NCBI GenBank assembly: GCA_963849405.1
Contig: CAWKHG010000006.1
Location: 490,350 to 554,349, forward strand
Origin: an uncultured Chloroflexia bacterium
GTDB lineage: Bacteria > Chloroflexota > Limnocylindria > Limnocylindrales > CSP1-4
DNA length: 64,000 nt
Reading direction: 5' to 3'
Shown: positions 29,963-40,475 of the stretch, piece by piece
Position numbering within the stretch: position 1 is the stretch's first letter
How the letters are laid out: each line of letters begins with the position of its first letter
The notes under the pieces: model-generated
The model's database searches: none
Told to the model about the DNA's origin: nothing
What the model saw: only the letters and a program-made list of their open reading frames with translations
Program-made: the position numbers and the translations under genes

Positions 29963-30620
29963 GCGAGGCGGCTGCCCCGACCCCGCGGTCGCTCGTCGTC
30001 GTCAGCGCGGGCCTGAGCCAGCCCTCGTCGACCCGGCTGCTGGCCGACCGCCTGGCCGCGGCCACGGATCGGCACCTTCGCGACGGCGGCGTCGCGCCCG
30101 ACGTTCGAGGTGATCGAGCTGCGCGACCACGCCCAGGACCTGATCGAACAACCTGCTGACCGGCTTTCCCAGCCCCGAGGCTCCAGGCGGCGCATCGACG
30201 CGGTCCTGGCGGCCGACGGCCTGATCGCGGTCACGCCGATCTTCAGCGCCTCGTACAGCGGCCTGTTCAAGATGTTCTTCGACGTCATCGAGCGCGACGG
30301 GCTGGCCGGCAAGCCGGTGCTCATCGCGGCGACCGGCGGCACGGCCCGCCACTCGCTGGCGCTCGAGCACGCGATGCGGCCGCTGTTCGCCTACCTCAAC
30401 GCCGCCGTCGTCGCCGACGGCCGTCTACGCCGCGACCGAGGACTGGGGCGGCGGCGGGATCGGTGCCGATGGCGGCCTCGTGGAGCGCATCGACCGGGCG
30501 GCCCGCGAGCTCGCCGGCGCGATCGCCGGGCGCGTCACGCCCGTCCGCGGCGACCCCTTCGCGGACCCCGTGCCGTTCGACCGGCTGCTCCGCTCGAGCC
30601 GGGACGCGTCCGCCGACTAG
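29959..30620 (+). CDS. NADPH-dependent FMN reductase (CE1759-like), frameshifted
   Basis: VVVSAGLSQPSSTRLLAD, ADGLIAVTPIFSASYSGLFK, ATGGTARHSL; GTGA overlap with the LLM gene. Confidence 0.88.
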
Positions 30621-30636
30621 GCTATTCATCGGACCA

Positions 30637-30665
30637 CCGATGAGTTCTGGCCAGGCCCGTCGTTA
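30637..30665 (+). promoter_or_regulatory. Putative ECF promoter (CCGATGAG-N17-GTTA) driving the VOC-sigma operon
   Basis: CCGATGAG TTCTGGCCAGGCCCGTC GTTA. Confidence 0.65.
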
Positions 30666-30716
30666 CATCTCCAGAAGATCGGTCAGACCGACCGATCGCC
30701 CCTTGGAGGATCCATC

Positions 30717-31137
30717 GTGGACTGGACACTCGAACTCATCGTCGTACCCGTGGCGGACGTGGACCGGGCCAAGGCGTTCTACGCCGACCGGTTGGGCTGG
30801 GACGTGATCGCCGATCACAGCGCCGGCGAGGACTTCCGTGTCGTGCAGCTCGGTGCCGCCCGGATCGGCCTGCGCGATCGCGCTCCTGAAGAAGCAGGAG
30901 ATGAAGCCGGGCTCGCTGCACGGCCTGCACCTGTGCGTCTCGGACATCGAGGCGGCCCGGGCCCAGCTCGTCGAGGATGGCACGGATGCCAGCGACTACT
31001 TCCACTTCGGGGCGCAGGGCCAGCAGGCGGGCCTGTCGCCGGGCCGCGGGAGCTACGAGACCTTCCTGTCGTTCCACGATCCCGACGGCAACACCTGGCT
31101 GGTCCAGGAAGTCAAGCGCGGAGCGGCCCAGGCGTGA
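30717..31137 (+). CDS. VOC/glyoxalase family protein (frameshift near 30855)
   Basis: LELIVVPVADVDRAKAFY, PPGSACAI, FHDPDGNTWLVQE. Confidence 0.88.
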
Positions 31138-32090
31138 CCGCGACGCTGCCAGGCACGGAGGCCGCCTTCGGTGGCCTGACCGAGCGCCACCGACGGGAGT
31201 TGCACGTCCACTGCTACCGCATGCTGGCCTCGTTCGACGAGGCCGAGGACGCCGTGCAGGAGACGCTCCTCCGGGCCTGGCGGAGCCGGGACACGTTCGA
31301 TGGCAGCTCCCAGTTCCGTGCCTGGCTGTATCGCATCGCGACGAACGTCTGCCTCGACATGCTCCGGCGGAGCGCGCGCCGGCTGACCTCGATGCACACG
31401 CTCGCCGAGGTGCCCTGGCTCCAGCCGTACCCGGACGCGCTCCTCGACGAGGTCGCGCCGAGCGACCAGCAGCCGGACGCCGTCGTCGTGGAGCGCGAGA
31501 CGATCGAGCTCGCGTTCCTCGCGGCCATGCAGCTCCTGCCACCCCGGCAACGGGCTGCCCTGATCGCGAGCGACGTCCTCGGGTGGTCGGCCCGGGAGAC
31601 GGCGTCCGTGCTTGAGACGACCGTGGCCGCGTCCAACAGTGCCCTCCAGCGGGCCCGGGCCACGATGCAGGCGCACCTGCCCGCCCAACGTGCCGAATGG
31701 TCCGCGGGCGAACCGAGCGACGAGGACCGCGCCCTCCTGGCTGGGTTCATCGACGCCCACGAGCGCGGTGACGCCAGGGCGGCCGTCGCGATCGCGGCCC
31801 GGGACATCCGGATCACGATGCCGCCGTATCCCTACGTCTTCGAGGGCATCGGCGTGATCGGGCCGCTCATCGAGAAGGCCATGAGCGTCGAGGACGGGGG
31901 CGACTGGCGACTGGTCCCGACATGGGCCAACCGGATGCCGACCGCCGCGAGCTACCTGCGACGGCCGGGCGACACCGAGTTTCGCGCCCAGAAGTTCGAC
32001 GTCATGCGGATCCGGGACGGGCTGATCGCCGAGATCACGACGTTCGGTCCCGAGCTCTTCCCGGCGTTCGGGCTCGCCCCGACGCTCTGA
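31134..32090 (+). CDS. ECF sigma factor with C-terminal SnoaL-like extension (SigG/ECF56 type)
   Basis: [67 protein letters not shown]. Confidence 0.92.
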   Translation: MTATLPGTEAAFGGLTERHRRELHVHCYRMLASFDEAEDAVQETLLRAWRSRDTFDGSSQFRAWLYRIATNVCLDMLRRSARRLTSMHTLAEVPWLQPYPDALLDEVAPSDQQPDAVVVERETIELAFLAAMQLLPPRQRAALIASDVLGWSARETASVLETTVAASNSALQRARATMQAHLPAQRAEWSAGEPSDEDRALLAGFIDAHERGDARAAVAIAARDIRITMPPYPYVFEGIGVIGPLIEKAMSVEDGGDWRLVPTWANRMPTAASYLRRPGDTEFRAQKFDVMRIRDGLIAEITTFGPELFPAFGLAPTL

Positions 32091-32097
32091 GCGCGGG

Positions 32098-32478
32098 TCA
32101 GCTCGTGGTCAGCACCGAGAGGATGTTGCCGGCCGGGTCCTTGAACCAGGCGATCGTCGGACCCCGGGGATCCCGCACGATGCCCTTCGGGTCGGCCTCC
32201 ATCTCCGGATAGCGCTCCATCCTGATCCCCGCCGCGACAAGCTTGTCCACGGCGGCATCGATGTCGGACACGATGAAGTTGAGGACCGTGAAGTTCGCCG
32301 GGGCGTGGTCGGGCTTCGGGTAGATGGTCACGGGCAGGCCCTCGCCGACGTGGAGCTCGATGAGGCCCGGCTGCTCCCCGTCGCGGACGTCGAGGCCCAG
32401 CGTTCCGCCGTAGAACGACCGCGCGGCGTCGATGTCGGGCACGGCGAAGGTGGAGAACACCTGGCTGTCCTTGAACAT
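32098..32478 (-). CDS. VOC/glyoxalase family protein
   Basis: [40 protein letters not shown]. Confidence 0.9.
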   Translation of the reverse strand: MFKDSQVFSTFAVPDIDAARSFYGGTLGLDVRDGEQPGLIELHVGEGLPVTIYPKPDHAPANFTVLNFIVSDIDAAVDKLVAAGIRMERYPEMEADPKGIVRDPRGPTIAWFKDPAGNILSVLTTS

Positions 32479-32888
32479 GGATCCCTCCTCGAGCGGGTTG
32501 GGGCGGGCCGCGGTCCGGTGACCCGGCATCCGGCGCGCACGGGCGTCCGGTACATGGTGACGACGTAGCTGTTCCGGTGCATCAACCGTGCGGTTCCGTG
32601 CGTGAACGATCGGTTGCAGTTCCGGTGGCGCGTGCGTCCGGGTGGTGCGGGCAGGTCCCGCCCCGCGCACCGGTACCACTGGGCGGGGCACAGGAACGCC
32701 CTCCGGGTGCACAATCTCCCTGGACGTGCAGCATGTCCGCACGGGGCACACATCGAGCCTCGCCGCCACCGGCAGGTCCGGATCCACGCTCACCGTGACG
32801 ATCCCATGGCCACCCCGTCCACTCCTGCCCGGCGGCTCGTTCATCGGCGCCGCGCGATCCGCGGCGTTCCGACGGGAGGAGGAAGACA

Positions 32889-33737
32889 TTGCGTGTTTCC
32901 AACGGCGCCCATAGGGCGTCACAACTGATCGTCGGCCTGCGGGCGCTCGTCCTGGCAGGCATGCTCGTCGGCCTGATCGGGATCGTCTCGGCCCCGGCCG
33001 CATCGGCCGCCACCACGCAGGTGAAGGTCGTCATCGTCGTGGGGCCCACCGGTTCCGGGACCTCGCACAACATCTCCGACGCGCGATCGCTCGCCGCCCA
33101 GGCGCGGAGCGCCGGCGCGAAGGTGATCGAGATCTACAGCCCGAACGCGACGTTCTACAAGGTCCGGATCGCGGCGACCGGCGCCAACGTCCTGATCTAC
33201 ATGGGTCACGGCAGCGGATGGCCGAGCCCGTATGCGCCGTTCAACGCGGACCGCAAGGACGGCATGGGCCTGAACGCGGCCGCCGGCCACGGCAACCTGA
33301 ACGTCAAGTACTACGGCGAGACGTACCTCAAGAAGTACATCCACCTGCGTCCCAACGCCGTCGTGCTCCTTCGTGGACTGTGCTACTCGGCCGGCAACTC
33401 CGAGCCGGGCAAGGCCGCCCCGAGCGCTACGGTGGGCCGGGCCCGCGTCGACAACTACTCGGCCGGCTTCCTCCGGACGGGCGCGAAGGCGGTCTTCGCC
33501 GAGCCCTACGGGAGCGTCAGCTACGTCCTCGACTGGGTCTTCCACGGCAGCTCCACCGTTCGTGACGTGTTCATGAGCGGCGGCAACAGCTGGGGATCCT
33601 CGGGCTCGATGAGCTCGACCGTGTTCACGTCCAAGCGCAACACCTGGGCCACCGCGATCTCGCAGCGAGACAGCAGCGGCAAGTTCCGGCGCTCGGTCGT
33701 CGGCAACCTCAACCTCAACGCGAGCTCGGTCCGCTAG
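32889..33737 (+). CDS. Secreted hypothetical protein with a caspase/gingipain-like (clan CD) His-Cys motif pattern
   Basis: GGAGGAGG RBS with TTG start; signal peptide; [10 protein letters not shown] and [12 protein letters not shown]. Confidence 0.6.
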   Translation: MRVSNGAHRASQLIVGLRALVLAGMLVGLIGIVSAPAASAATTQVKVVIVVGPTGSGTSHNISDARSLAAQARSAGAKVIEIYSPNATFYKVRIAATGANVLIYMGHGSGWPSPYAPFNADRKDGMGLNAAAGHGNLNVKYYGETYLKKYIHLRPNAVVLLRGLCYSAGNSEPGKAAPSATVGRARVDNYSAGFLRTGAKAVFAEPYGSVSYVLDWVFHGSSTVRDVFMSGGNSWGSSGSMSSTVFTSKRNTWATAISQRDSSGKFRRSVVGNLNLNASSVR

Positions 33738-33846
33738 GGACCACGAGCTCGGCCGCGAGGCCCCGGGAATCCTCAACGAGGCGTCGGATCGATCCGGCGC
33801 CTCGTTCGTTCGGGCCGGCCCGGCCCATGCCCGGTAGGATGTTGCC

Positions 33847-34844
33847 ATGAGCGACGTCCTCACCCAGCCCGTTGCCCCACCCGTCGCGCCCGACATCGCC
33901 ATGCAGTTCGAGCGCTACCGGGTCGAGCTCACCGGATACTGCTACCGGATGCTTGGCTCCGCGTTCGAGGCGGAGGACGCCGTCCAGGAGACGTTCGTCC
34001 GGGCCTGGAACGGCTTCGCCAAGTTCGAGGGCCGCGCTGCGGTCCGTTCGTGGCTCTACCGGATCGCGACGAACGTGTGCCTGAACATGCTCGGCGCGCC
34101 ACAGCGCCGGGCACGGCCGATGGACCTGGGGCCGGCCAGGTCGGCCGACTCGCAGCTGGGAACCCCGCTCCCCGAGAACCGCTGGGTCGAGCCGGCCCCG
34201 GACGACCGCCTCGTGCCCACGGGTGGCGACCCTGCCGACGTTGCCATCGCGCGCGAGTCGATCCGCCTCGCGTTCGTCGCCGCACTCCAGCATCTGCCGC
34301 CGCGCCAGCGGGCGGTCCTCATCCTGCGTGAGGTCCTCAACTGGAAGGCCGACGAGGTTGCCGAGCTGCTCGACACGACCGTGGCGTCGGTGAACAGCGC
34401 GCTCCAGCGGGCGCGGGCGACGCCTGCCGAACGGGACATGAGCGACGCAGATCGCCGGACGCGATGGACGCCGACCAGCAGGCCCTGCTCGAGCGCTACG
34501 TCGCCGCCTTCGAGCAGTACGACATGGACGCCCTCACCGCCCTGCTCCACGAGGACGCGACCTGGAACATGCCGCCATACGAGCTCTGGCTGCAGACCCA
34601 CGAGGACATCGTGAAGTGGTGCCTCGGCCCGGGCATCGGCTGCCGCGGTTCGCGCCTCATCCCCATCACGGCCAACGGCTCGCCCGCCTTCGGCCAGTAC
34701 AAGCCGTCGCCGGACGGCGGCCTGGAGCCGTGGTCGATCCAGGTCATGGAGATGGCCGAGGACCGGATCGCCGGCATCACGTTCTTCCTGGACACCGCCA
34801 GGTTCTTCCCGCTCTTCGGGCTACCGGCGCGCCTCGACGCCTGA
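33847..34844 (+). CDS. Second ECF sigma factor with SnoaL-like extension (SigG/ECF56 type), frameshift near 34460
   Basis: [63 protein letters not shown]. Confidence 0.92.
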
Positions 34845-35141
34845 GTCCCCGGGACACGGCAGCACCTCGCTGAGGCCGGCCAGGCCGATCAGCTCGCGGA
34901 CGGCCGCCGGCGCGTGGCAGCAGCTCGAGCCGGCAGTCCAGCCGCGCCGCGAGCGAGCCAGACGCGCGAGGGCGTCCACGGTCTGCAGGTCGGGCTTCGT
35001 GAGGGTGCCCAGGTCGCAGACGATGCGGTCTGCGTTCGCCGGTCGCAACGCCGCCGGCTCGGCCATGAGCGGCCCTCCTGTCGGCTGCCCCGGGTGTCGG
35101 AGGCGCCGGTGGAGCATCTTCGAGCGTTCCACCGGCGCCAT
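34821..35141 (-). CDS. Small STAS-like domain protein convergent with and overlapping the sigma gene 3' end (possible internal indels)
   Basis: IVCDLGTLTKPDLQTVDALARL...APAAVRELIGLAGLSEVL. Confidence 0.7.
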   Translation of the reverse strand: MAPVERSKMLHRRLRHPGQPTGGPLMAEPAALRPANADRIVCDLGTLTKPDLQTVDALARLARSRRGWTAGSSCCHAPAAVRELIGLAGLSEVLPCPGDSGVEARR

Positions 35142-35146
35142 GTGTT

Positions 35147-35175
35147 AGACATGGGCCGACCCGAAAACTCATCGG
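35147..35175 (-). promoter_or_regulatory. Putative ECF promoter (CCGATGAG-N17-GTCT) giving a leaderless STAS transcript
   Basis: CCGATGAG TTTTCGGGTCGGCCCAT GTCT AACAC ATG. Confidence 0.7.
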
Positions 35176-35228
35176 TCGCCCGGATGGCAGCGCGAAAGGC
35201 TCCGCACACGAGCACGCGCCGCGCTCGA

Positions 35229-35257
35229 CCGATAAATCCCGCGCCGCCGCCCGGTCT
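35229..35257 (+). promoter_or_regulatory. Putative ECF promoter (CCGATAAA-N17-GTCT) upstream of the FAD oxidoreductase
   Basis: CCGATAAA TCCCGCGCCGCCGCCCG GTCT. Confidence 0.6.
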
Positions 35258-35314
35258 GATAGTCGAACGCTGAAAGAGCCTGACCCCGTCCGGTCGGCAT
35301 CGAAGGAGGACCTC

Positions 35315-36714
35315 ATGCAGACCACATCCGCCTCGACCCTCTCGATCCCGGAGCTGCGCGCCACCATCCATGGCCGGGTCATCGCCCCCGACGACGGTGG
35401 ACTACGACGAGGCCCGCGATGGTCATGTTGGGCGGCGTCGACCCACGCCCGCCGTGATCGTCCGCGTCGCGGATGAAGCCGACGTCGTGGCCGTGATCGC
35501 GCTGGCCCGCGAGACCGGGCTGGACCTGGCCGTCCGAAGCGGCGGCCACAGCGGCGCGGGCCACAGCACCGCGGACGGCGGGATCGTCCTCGACGTGCGC
35601 GACCTGACCTCGCCTGGACATCGATGTCGACGGGCAGGACCGCGTGGGCCGGGACCGGGCCTGACCGCCGCCGGACTCAACGACGGCGCTCGACGCCGCA
35701 CGGGCTGGCCGTCGGGTTCGGCGATACCGGGTCGGTCGGGGATCGGCGGGATCACGCTCGGGGGCGGCATCGGCTACCTGGTCCGCCTGTACGGCATGAC
35801 GATCGATTCCCTGCTCGCGGCGGAGATCGTCACGGCGGACGGCGAGGTGCTGCGCGTCGACGCGGAAAACCACCCGGATCTGTTCTGGGCGATCCGCGGC
35901 GGCGGCGGCAACTTCGGGGTCGCGACGCGGTTCCAGTTCCGCCTCTCGAGGTGCCCGTGATTCGTCGGCGGCATGCTCATCCTGCCGGCGAACGCCGGAG
36001 ACCATCGCGGCGTTCATCGCGCGCCGCCGAGGCGGCGCCCGAGGACGCTCTCGACGATCGCCAACGTCATGCCGGCACCGCCGATGCCGTTCCTGCCCGA
36101 GGAGGTGCACGGGCAGCCGGTCATCCTGGGCATGCTCGCGTTCGTCGGCGACGAGGCCGCCGCTCGGGCCGCCCTGGCGCCGTTCCGGGCGCTCGCCACC
36201 CCGCTCGCCGACATGGTGCGGCCGATCGACCTACCCGGAGATGTTCCCGCCCGGAGGACGACTCGTACCACCCGACCGCGGTGGCGCGAACGATGTTCAT
36301 CGACCGGGTGGACCGCGATGTCGCGACCACCATCGATCGAGTACCTCCGGGCGTCCGACGCCACGATGCGGGCCGCCCAGCTGCGGGTGCTCGGCGGGGC
36401 GATGGCCCGCGTCGCCGTCGACGCGACGGCGTTCGCCCATCGAACCGATCCGGATCATGGTCAACGTCGCGGCGTTCTACAACGGCCCCGAGGATCGAGG
36501 TCGTCCGCCGGGCGTGGGTCGAGGAGTTCGCGGAGGCCCTGCGACCAGGGCGACGATGCCGCGTACGTCAACTTCCTCGGCGACGAGGGCCCGGCGCGGG
36601 TCCATGACGCGTACCCGGGCAGCGACCTGGCACCGGCTGGCGGCCGTCAAGGCGCGCTACGACCCCGAGAACCTGTTCCACCGGAACCAGAACATCCCGC
36701 CTGCGACGACCTAG
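35315..36714 (+). CDS. FAD-binding oxidoreductase with BBE domain (many frameshifts)
   Basis: [57 protein letters not shown]. Confidence 0.88.
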
Positions 36715-36723
36715 CGCCGGGCG

Positions 36724-38335
36724 CTATCGGGGTGGATCGGCGGCGTCTTGTCGGCGCCGCGACATGGCCTCGTCCACGGCGGCGATGAAATCCCTGGACG
36801 GCACCGGCTTCGAGACGAACACGGCGCCGCCGGCGACGAGTGCCTGGAGGTCGAGCGCCTCGGCCAGGTACCCGGAGACCAGCACGAGCCCAACCTCCGG
36901 GTTGCGCTCCCGCACGTCCTCGGCGAGCCTGATGCCGGAGATGCCCGGCATGACCACGTCGGTGACGAGCACGTCGATATCGCCCCGGCCCTCTGAGATG
37001 TACGCCTGCGCGGCAGCACCATCGGCCATCGCCACGACCCTGTAGCCGGCACGCTCCAGGAGCTTGGTGCCCATCTGCCGGACGGTGTCCTCGTCCTCGA
37101 CGAGCATGACCCGGCCTTCGCGGCGCGTCGGTCGTCCGCCGCCGGGGCAGCGCCTCCGTGACGTCCGCGGCATGCGTCGGGAAGTACAGCTTGAACGTCG
37201 AGCCCTGACCTGGTTCCGAGTAGACCCAGATGTGGCCGCCGGCCTGGCGCACGATGCCGTAGATCGTGGCGAGCCCGAGCCCGGTCCCCTTCCCCACATC
37301 CTTGGTCGTGAAGAACGGCTCGAAGATGTGCTCCCGGGTCTCGCGATCCATCCCGACGCCCGTATCGCTCACGATGAGCTGGGCATACGTGCCCGACGCG
37401 ACCTGGAAGTGTCCCGCCGGGGCTTCGTCGTCGAACGTCACGCTCTGCGTGGCGATGGTGACCGAGCCGCCTTCGGTGATCGCATCTCGCGCGTTGACGA
37501 CCAGGTTGACGAGGATCTGGTCGAGCTGGCCGGGGTCGACCAGGACCGCGCCGATCTCGGCACCCAGCGCCATCGTCAGCCTGATGTCCGCCCCGATCAG
37601 CCGACGGAGCATCGGCTCGATCGCCTCGACCGATCGATTCAGGTCGGTCGACCGGGGGCTCACCAGCTGCCGGCGGCCGAAGGCGAGCAACTGAGCCGTC
37701 AGGACGGACGCGCGGTCGGCGGCCACATTGATCGTCGCGACGCTGGCGAGCGCCGCTTCGTGATCGAAGAACGGCCGGTTCTCGGGCGCGAGATCCTCGG
37801 CCAGCATGTCCGCGAATCCGCGGATCGCGAACAGCATGTTGTTGAAGTCGTGGGCGATCCCGCCCGCGAGCCGACCGATCGACTCCAGCTTCTGCGCCTG
37901 GAGCAGCTCCGCTTCGATGGTCTTGCGTGCGCTGATGTCGCGCGCGACCGACGATGCCCCCAGGATCCGGCCCTCGACGTCGCGGATCGGCGAGATCGTG
38001 AGCGACACGTCGACGAGCGACCCATCCCGGCGCGCACGGACCGTCTCGAAGTGGAGGATGCGCTCACCTGCGGCGATCCGGGCAAGGAGGGCCGGGATCT
38101 CATCCGGCTGATCGGGCGGCGCGAGGATGCCGACGTTCCTGCCGATGATGTCGCCCGCCGTGTATCCGTAAAGCCGTTCCGCCCCGGCGTTCCAGCTCGC
38201 GATCGTCCCATCGAGGCTCTTGGTGAAGATCGCATCGTCGGCCGACTGGACGATCGCTTCATACAGCGATGCCGTTGCCGGGAGCGCGAGGACGGGGTCC
38301 GGGGACGGTTGGGAGCGCGCCTTCGCCTTGGTCAC
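36724..38335 (-). CDS. Hybrid PAS-histidine kinase-receiver (CckA-like), frameshift near 37130
   Basis: PAS (WNAGAERLYGY), QAQKLESIGRLAGGIAHDFNN, NLVVNARDA, FEPFFTTK, GTGLGL, receiver LLVEDE-like/TDVVMPG. Confidence 0.93.
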
Positions 38336-38530
38336 CCGCTCGTCGTCCGGGCGTCGGGACGAGCCGCCGCGCCGTCTGGGGGCGCTTCACGGCTCGAGGT
38401 GCGGGTCTGGATCGGCCGGTGACGCTGGGGATCCTATGTCGACGCCAGTTCGTGAGGTCTCTTGACCGATCACGGTACTCCGGTCGCGATCTCTGTCAAG
38501 GAAGCGCCCCGCGGCGATCCTCGCTTCGGA

Positions 38531-38908
38531 TCAGCTCCGGCGGCGGCGGTTCAGGTCCTCGATCAGGCGCTTCGGCGCCCGCGAGCGCCAGCCGTCGGTG
38601 ATCAGCCGCTCGAGGAGGTCGGGCCGGACCAGCGGCAGCCGGACCATGATCGCCGGGTAGCCGTCGTAGTGACGCTCCGTGAAGAACACGTTCGGGTCCA
38701 TCCCGATGAGCGCGTCCTTGTCCGACTCGTCCGCGACGCGCACGGTGATGACCTCGGCGTTGGGAACCCGGGCCTTCTTGGGGTCGACCCGCTCGAGCCA
38801 CGACCACAGGAAGGCCTTGCCCTCGACGAAGAACCGGAAGCTGAGCGGGTCCTCGGTCGTCTCGGGCAGCGCCAGCGCGATCCGGCGGACATCATCCTGG
38901 GTCGCCAT
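38531..38908 (-). CDS. MmcQ/YjbR family protein
   Basis: DDVRRIALALPET, FF...HYDGYPAI.VRL, LITDGWRSRAPKRL. Confidence 0.85.
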   Translation of the reverse strand: MATQDDVRRIALALPETTEDPLSFRFFVEGKAFLWSWLERVDPKKARVPNAEVITVRVADESDKDALIGMDPNVFFTERHYDGYPAIMVRLPLVRPDLLERLITDGWRSRAPKRLIEDLNRRRRS

Positions 38909-38940
38909 GGATACGATCGTACCCGGTCGGTCGACCCCGA

Positions 38941-39444
38941 TCAGCGCGCCCGGCGCGCCGCGATCGCCTCGAGCGCCCGCTCCAGCACGGCGTTGGCCTG
39001 CCGGAGTTGACGCTCACCCACCGCGGCACCCAGCTCGTTCGCCCACGGCCGCTGGCTCGCCTGGATCCGGGAGAGGGTCGCCCTCCCCTGCTCGCGTCAG
39101 CGTCACGAGCCGCGCCCGCCGGTGGCGCGGGTTGTCCTCGTACGTGACGAGCCGTCCCGTTCGAGCACGTCGGCCACGCGCTGGACGCTCTGGCGGGCCA
39201 GCCCGAGCTGCGGGCGATCTGGGCGACCGTGAGCGGCGCGTCCTCGGCGCTCGCCAGGACCTGCCATCGGGCGGTCGTCTGGCCCGCCGGGCGCGGCAAG
39301 CTCCTCTCCTTCCGCCGCGATCAGCCCGTTGAGCCGGAACAGGCGCACGACGAGGCCGCTGAACGCGTCGCCGGCGGGCGTGCGGACGCCGTTGTCGGGT
39401 AGCCGACTCTTGACAGTATCCTGTCGTCTTGGTACCTTACTCAT
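38941..39444 (-). CDS. MarR family transcriptional regulator (frameshifted)
   Basis: TARWQVL, LTVAQIAR, LARQSVQRVADVL, NPRHRRARLVTLT across frames. Confidence 0.82.
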
Positions 39445-39460
39445 GACAGCATTCTGTCAT
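39411..39460. promoter_or_regulatory. Two palindromic operators TGACAG-N4-CTGTC(A/G) at the divergent marR/VOC junction
   Basis: TGACAGTATCCTGTCG (39411-39426) and ATGACAGCATTCTGTCAT (39443-39460). Confidence 0.75.
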
Positions 39461-39499
39461 ATCGGCCCAGGAATGCAAGCGTCCCGAAGGAGGCCCATC

Positions 39500-39871
39500 G
39501 TGGATTGGAAGCTCGAGCTGGTGGCGGTCCCGGTCTCCGATGTCGACCGCGCCAAGGCGTTCTATGCGGACCAGGTCGGCTTCAACGTCGACCACGACCA
39601 CAAGGTCAGCGATGAGCTTCGCTTCGTCCAGCTCACCCCTCCGGGATCGGCCTGCTCCATCGCCATCGGCAAGGGGCTCTCCGACGCGAAGCCGGGTTCC
39701 GTGGGCGGCCTCCAGATCGTCGTGTCGGACGTGGCCGCCGCCCGGGCCGAGCTCGATGGCCGGGGCGTCGCGGTGACCGAGGTCCAGGAGTTCCCGTGGG
39801 GCAAGTTCGTCTTCTTCAAGGATCCCGACGGCAACGGCTGGGCCCTCCAGGAGCTCATGCCCCGCCCCTGA
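39500..39871 (+). CDS. VOC/glyoxalase family protein
   Basis: LELVAVPVSDVDRAKAFY, QLTPPGSACSI, FKDPDGNGWALQE. Confidence 0.9.
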   Translation: MDWKLELVAVPVSDVDRAKAFYADQVGFNVDHDHKVSDELRFVQLTPPGSACSIAIGKGLSDAKPGSVGGLQIVVSDVAAARAELDGRGVAVTEVQEFPWGKFVFFKDPDGNGWALQELMPRP

Positions 39872-39883
39872 GCCCCGGTCGAT

Positions 39884-40375
39884 CTACTCGGGCGTCCAGT
39901 AGGTGTCGTGGCGCAGGTAGAACGCGACCTTCTCCTCGTCGCTCAGAACGAGACCCTCGCTCACCCGGGCGAGGGTCTCGAAGTAATCCTCGCGGGGCGC
40001 GCCGGGCGCGAACAGGATGAGCATGGACGCCGGGCCCGCCTCGTTGCGGAAGGCGTGGATGCCACCCTCCGGGACGAACAGGAAGTCGCCGGCCGTGGTC
40101 TCGATCCAGCGCCGGCCGTCGAAGAGCCGGATCGTCCCGGACAGGACGTAGAACGACTCCGAGATCGTCCGGTGGAAGTGCGGCCCGGGGCCGCTCGGAG
40201 CGTCGGCCATCTCCCATCGATACAGCCCGAACTGGCCGTTCGTCGACGCGCCGGTCGCGAGGTAGCGCGCCGTGCCGCCCGAGGCGTAGCGCACCTCGGG
40301 TGCTCGATCGGCCGGCCGATAGACCGCGTTCTTGAGGCCCGGCTCGCCCAGGTACACGGGATCCGGGTACGACAT
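39884..40375 (-). CDS. Cupin domain protein
   Basis: GPHFHRTISESFYVLSG, GDFLFVPEGGIHAF. Confidence 0.88.
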   Translation of the reverse strand: MSYPDPVYLGEPGLKNAVYRPADRAPEVRYASGGTARYLATGASTNGQFGLYRWEMADAPSGPGPHFHRTISESFYVLSGTIRLFDGRRWIETTAGDFLFVPEGGIHAFRNEAGPASMLILFAPGAPREDYFETLARVSEGLVLSDEEKVAFYLRHDTYWTPE

Positions 40376-40475
40376 CAGCCTCCACCCTCCGCGACGTTCC
40401 TTTGACGTGCGAGGGTAGCGCGGATGGCCGACGCCGGACGGCGGCGCTGCCGTGATAGTCCGAGAGAGGCGCCCC

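Noticed and set aside
30717-32090. VOC-sigma fusion protein (457-aa ORF)
   Set aside because: An artefact of an indel near 30855. The VOC ends at TGA 31137, overlapping the sigma GTG at 31134.
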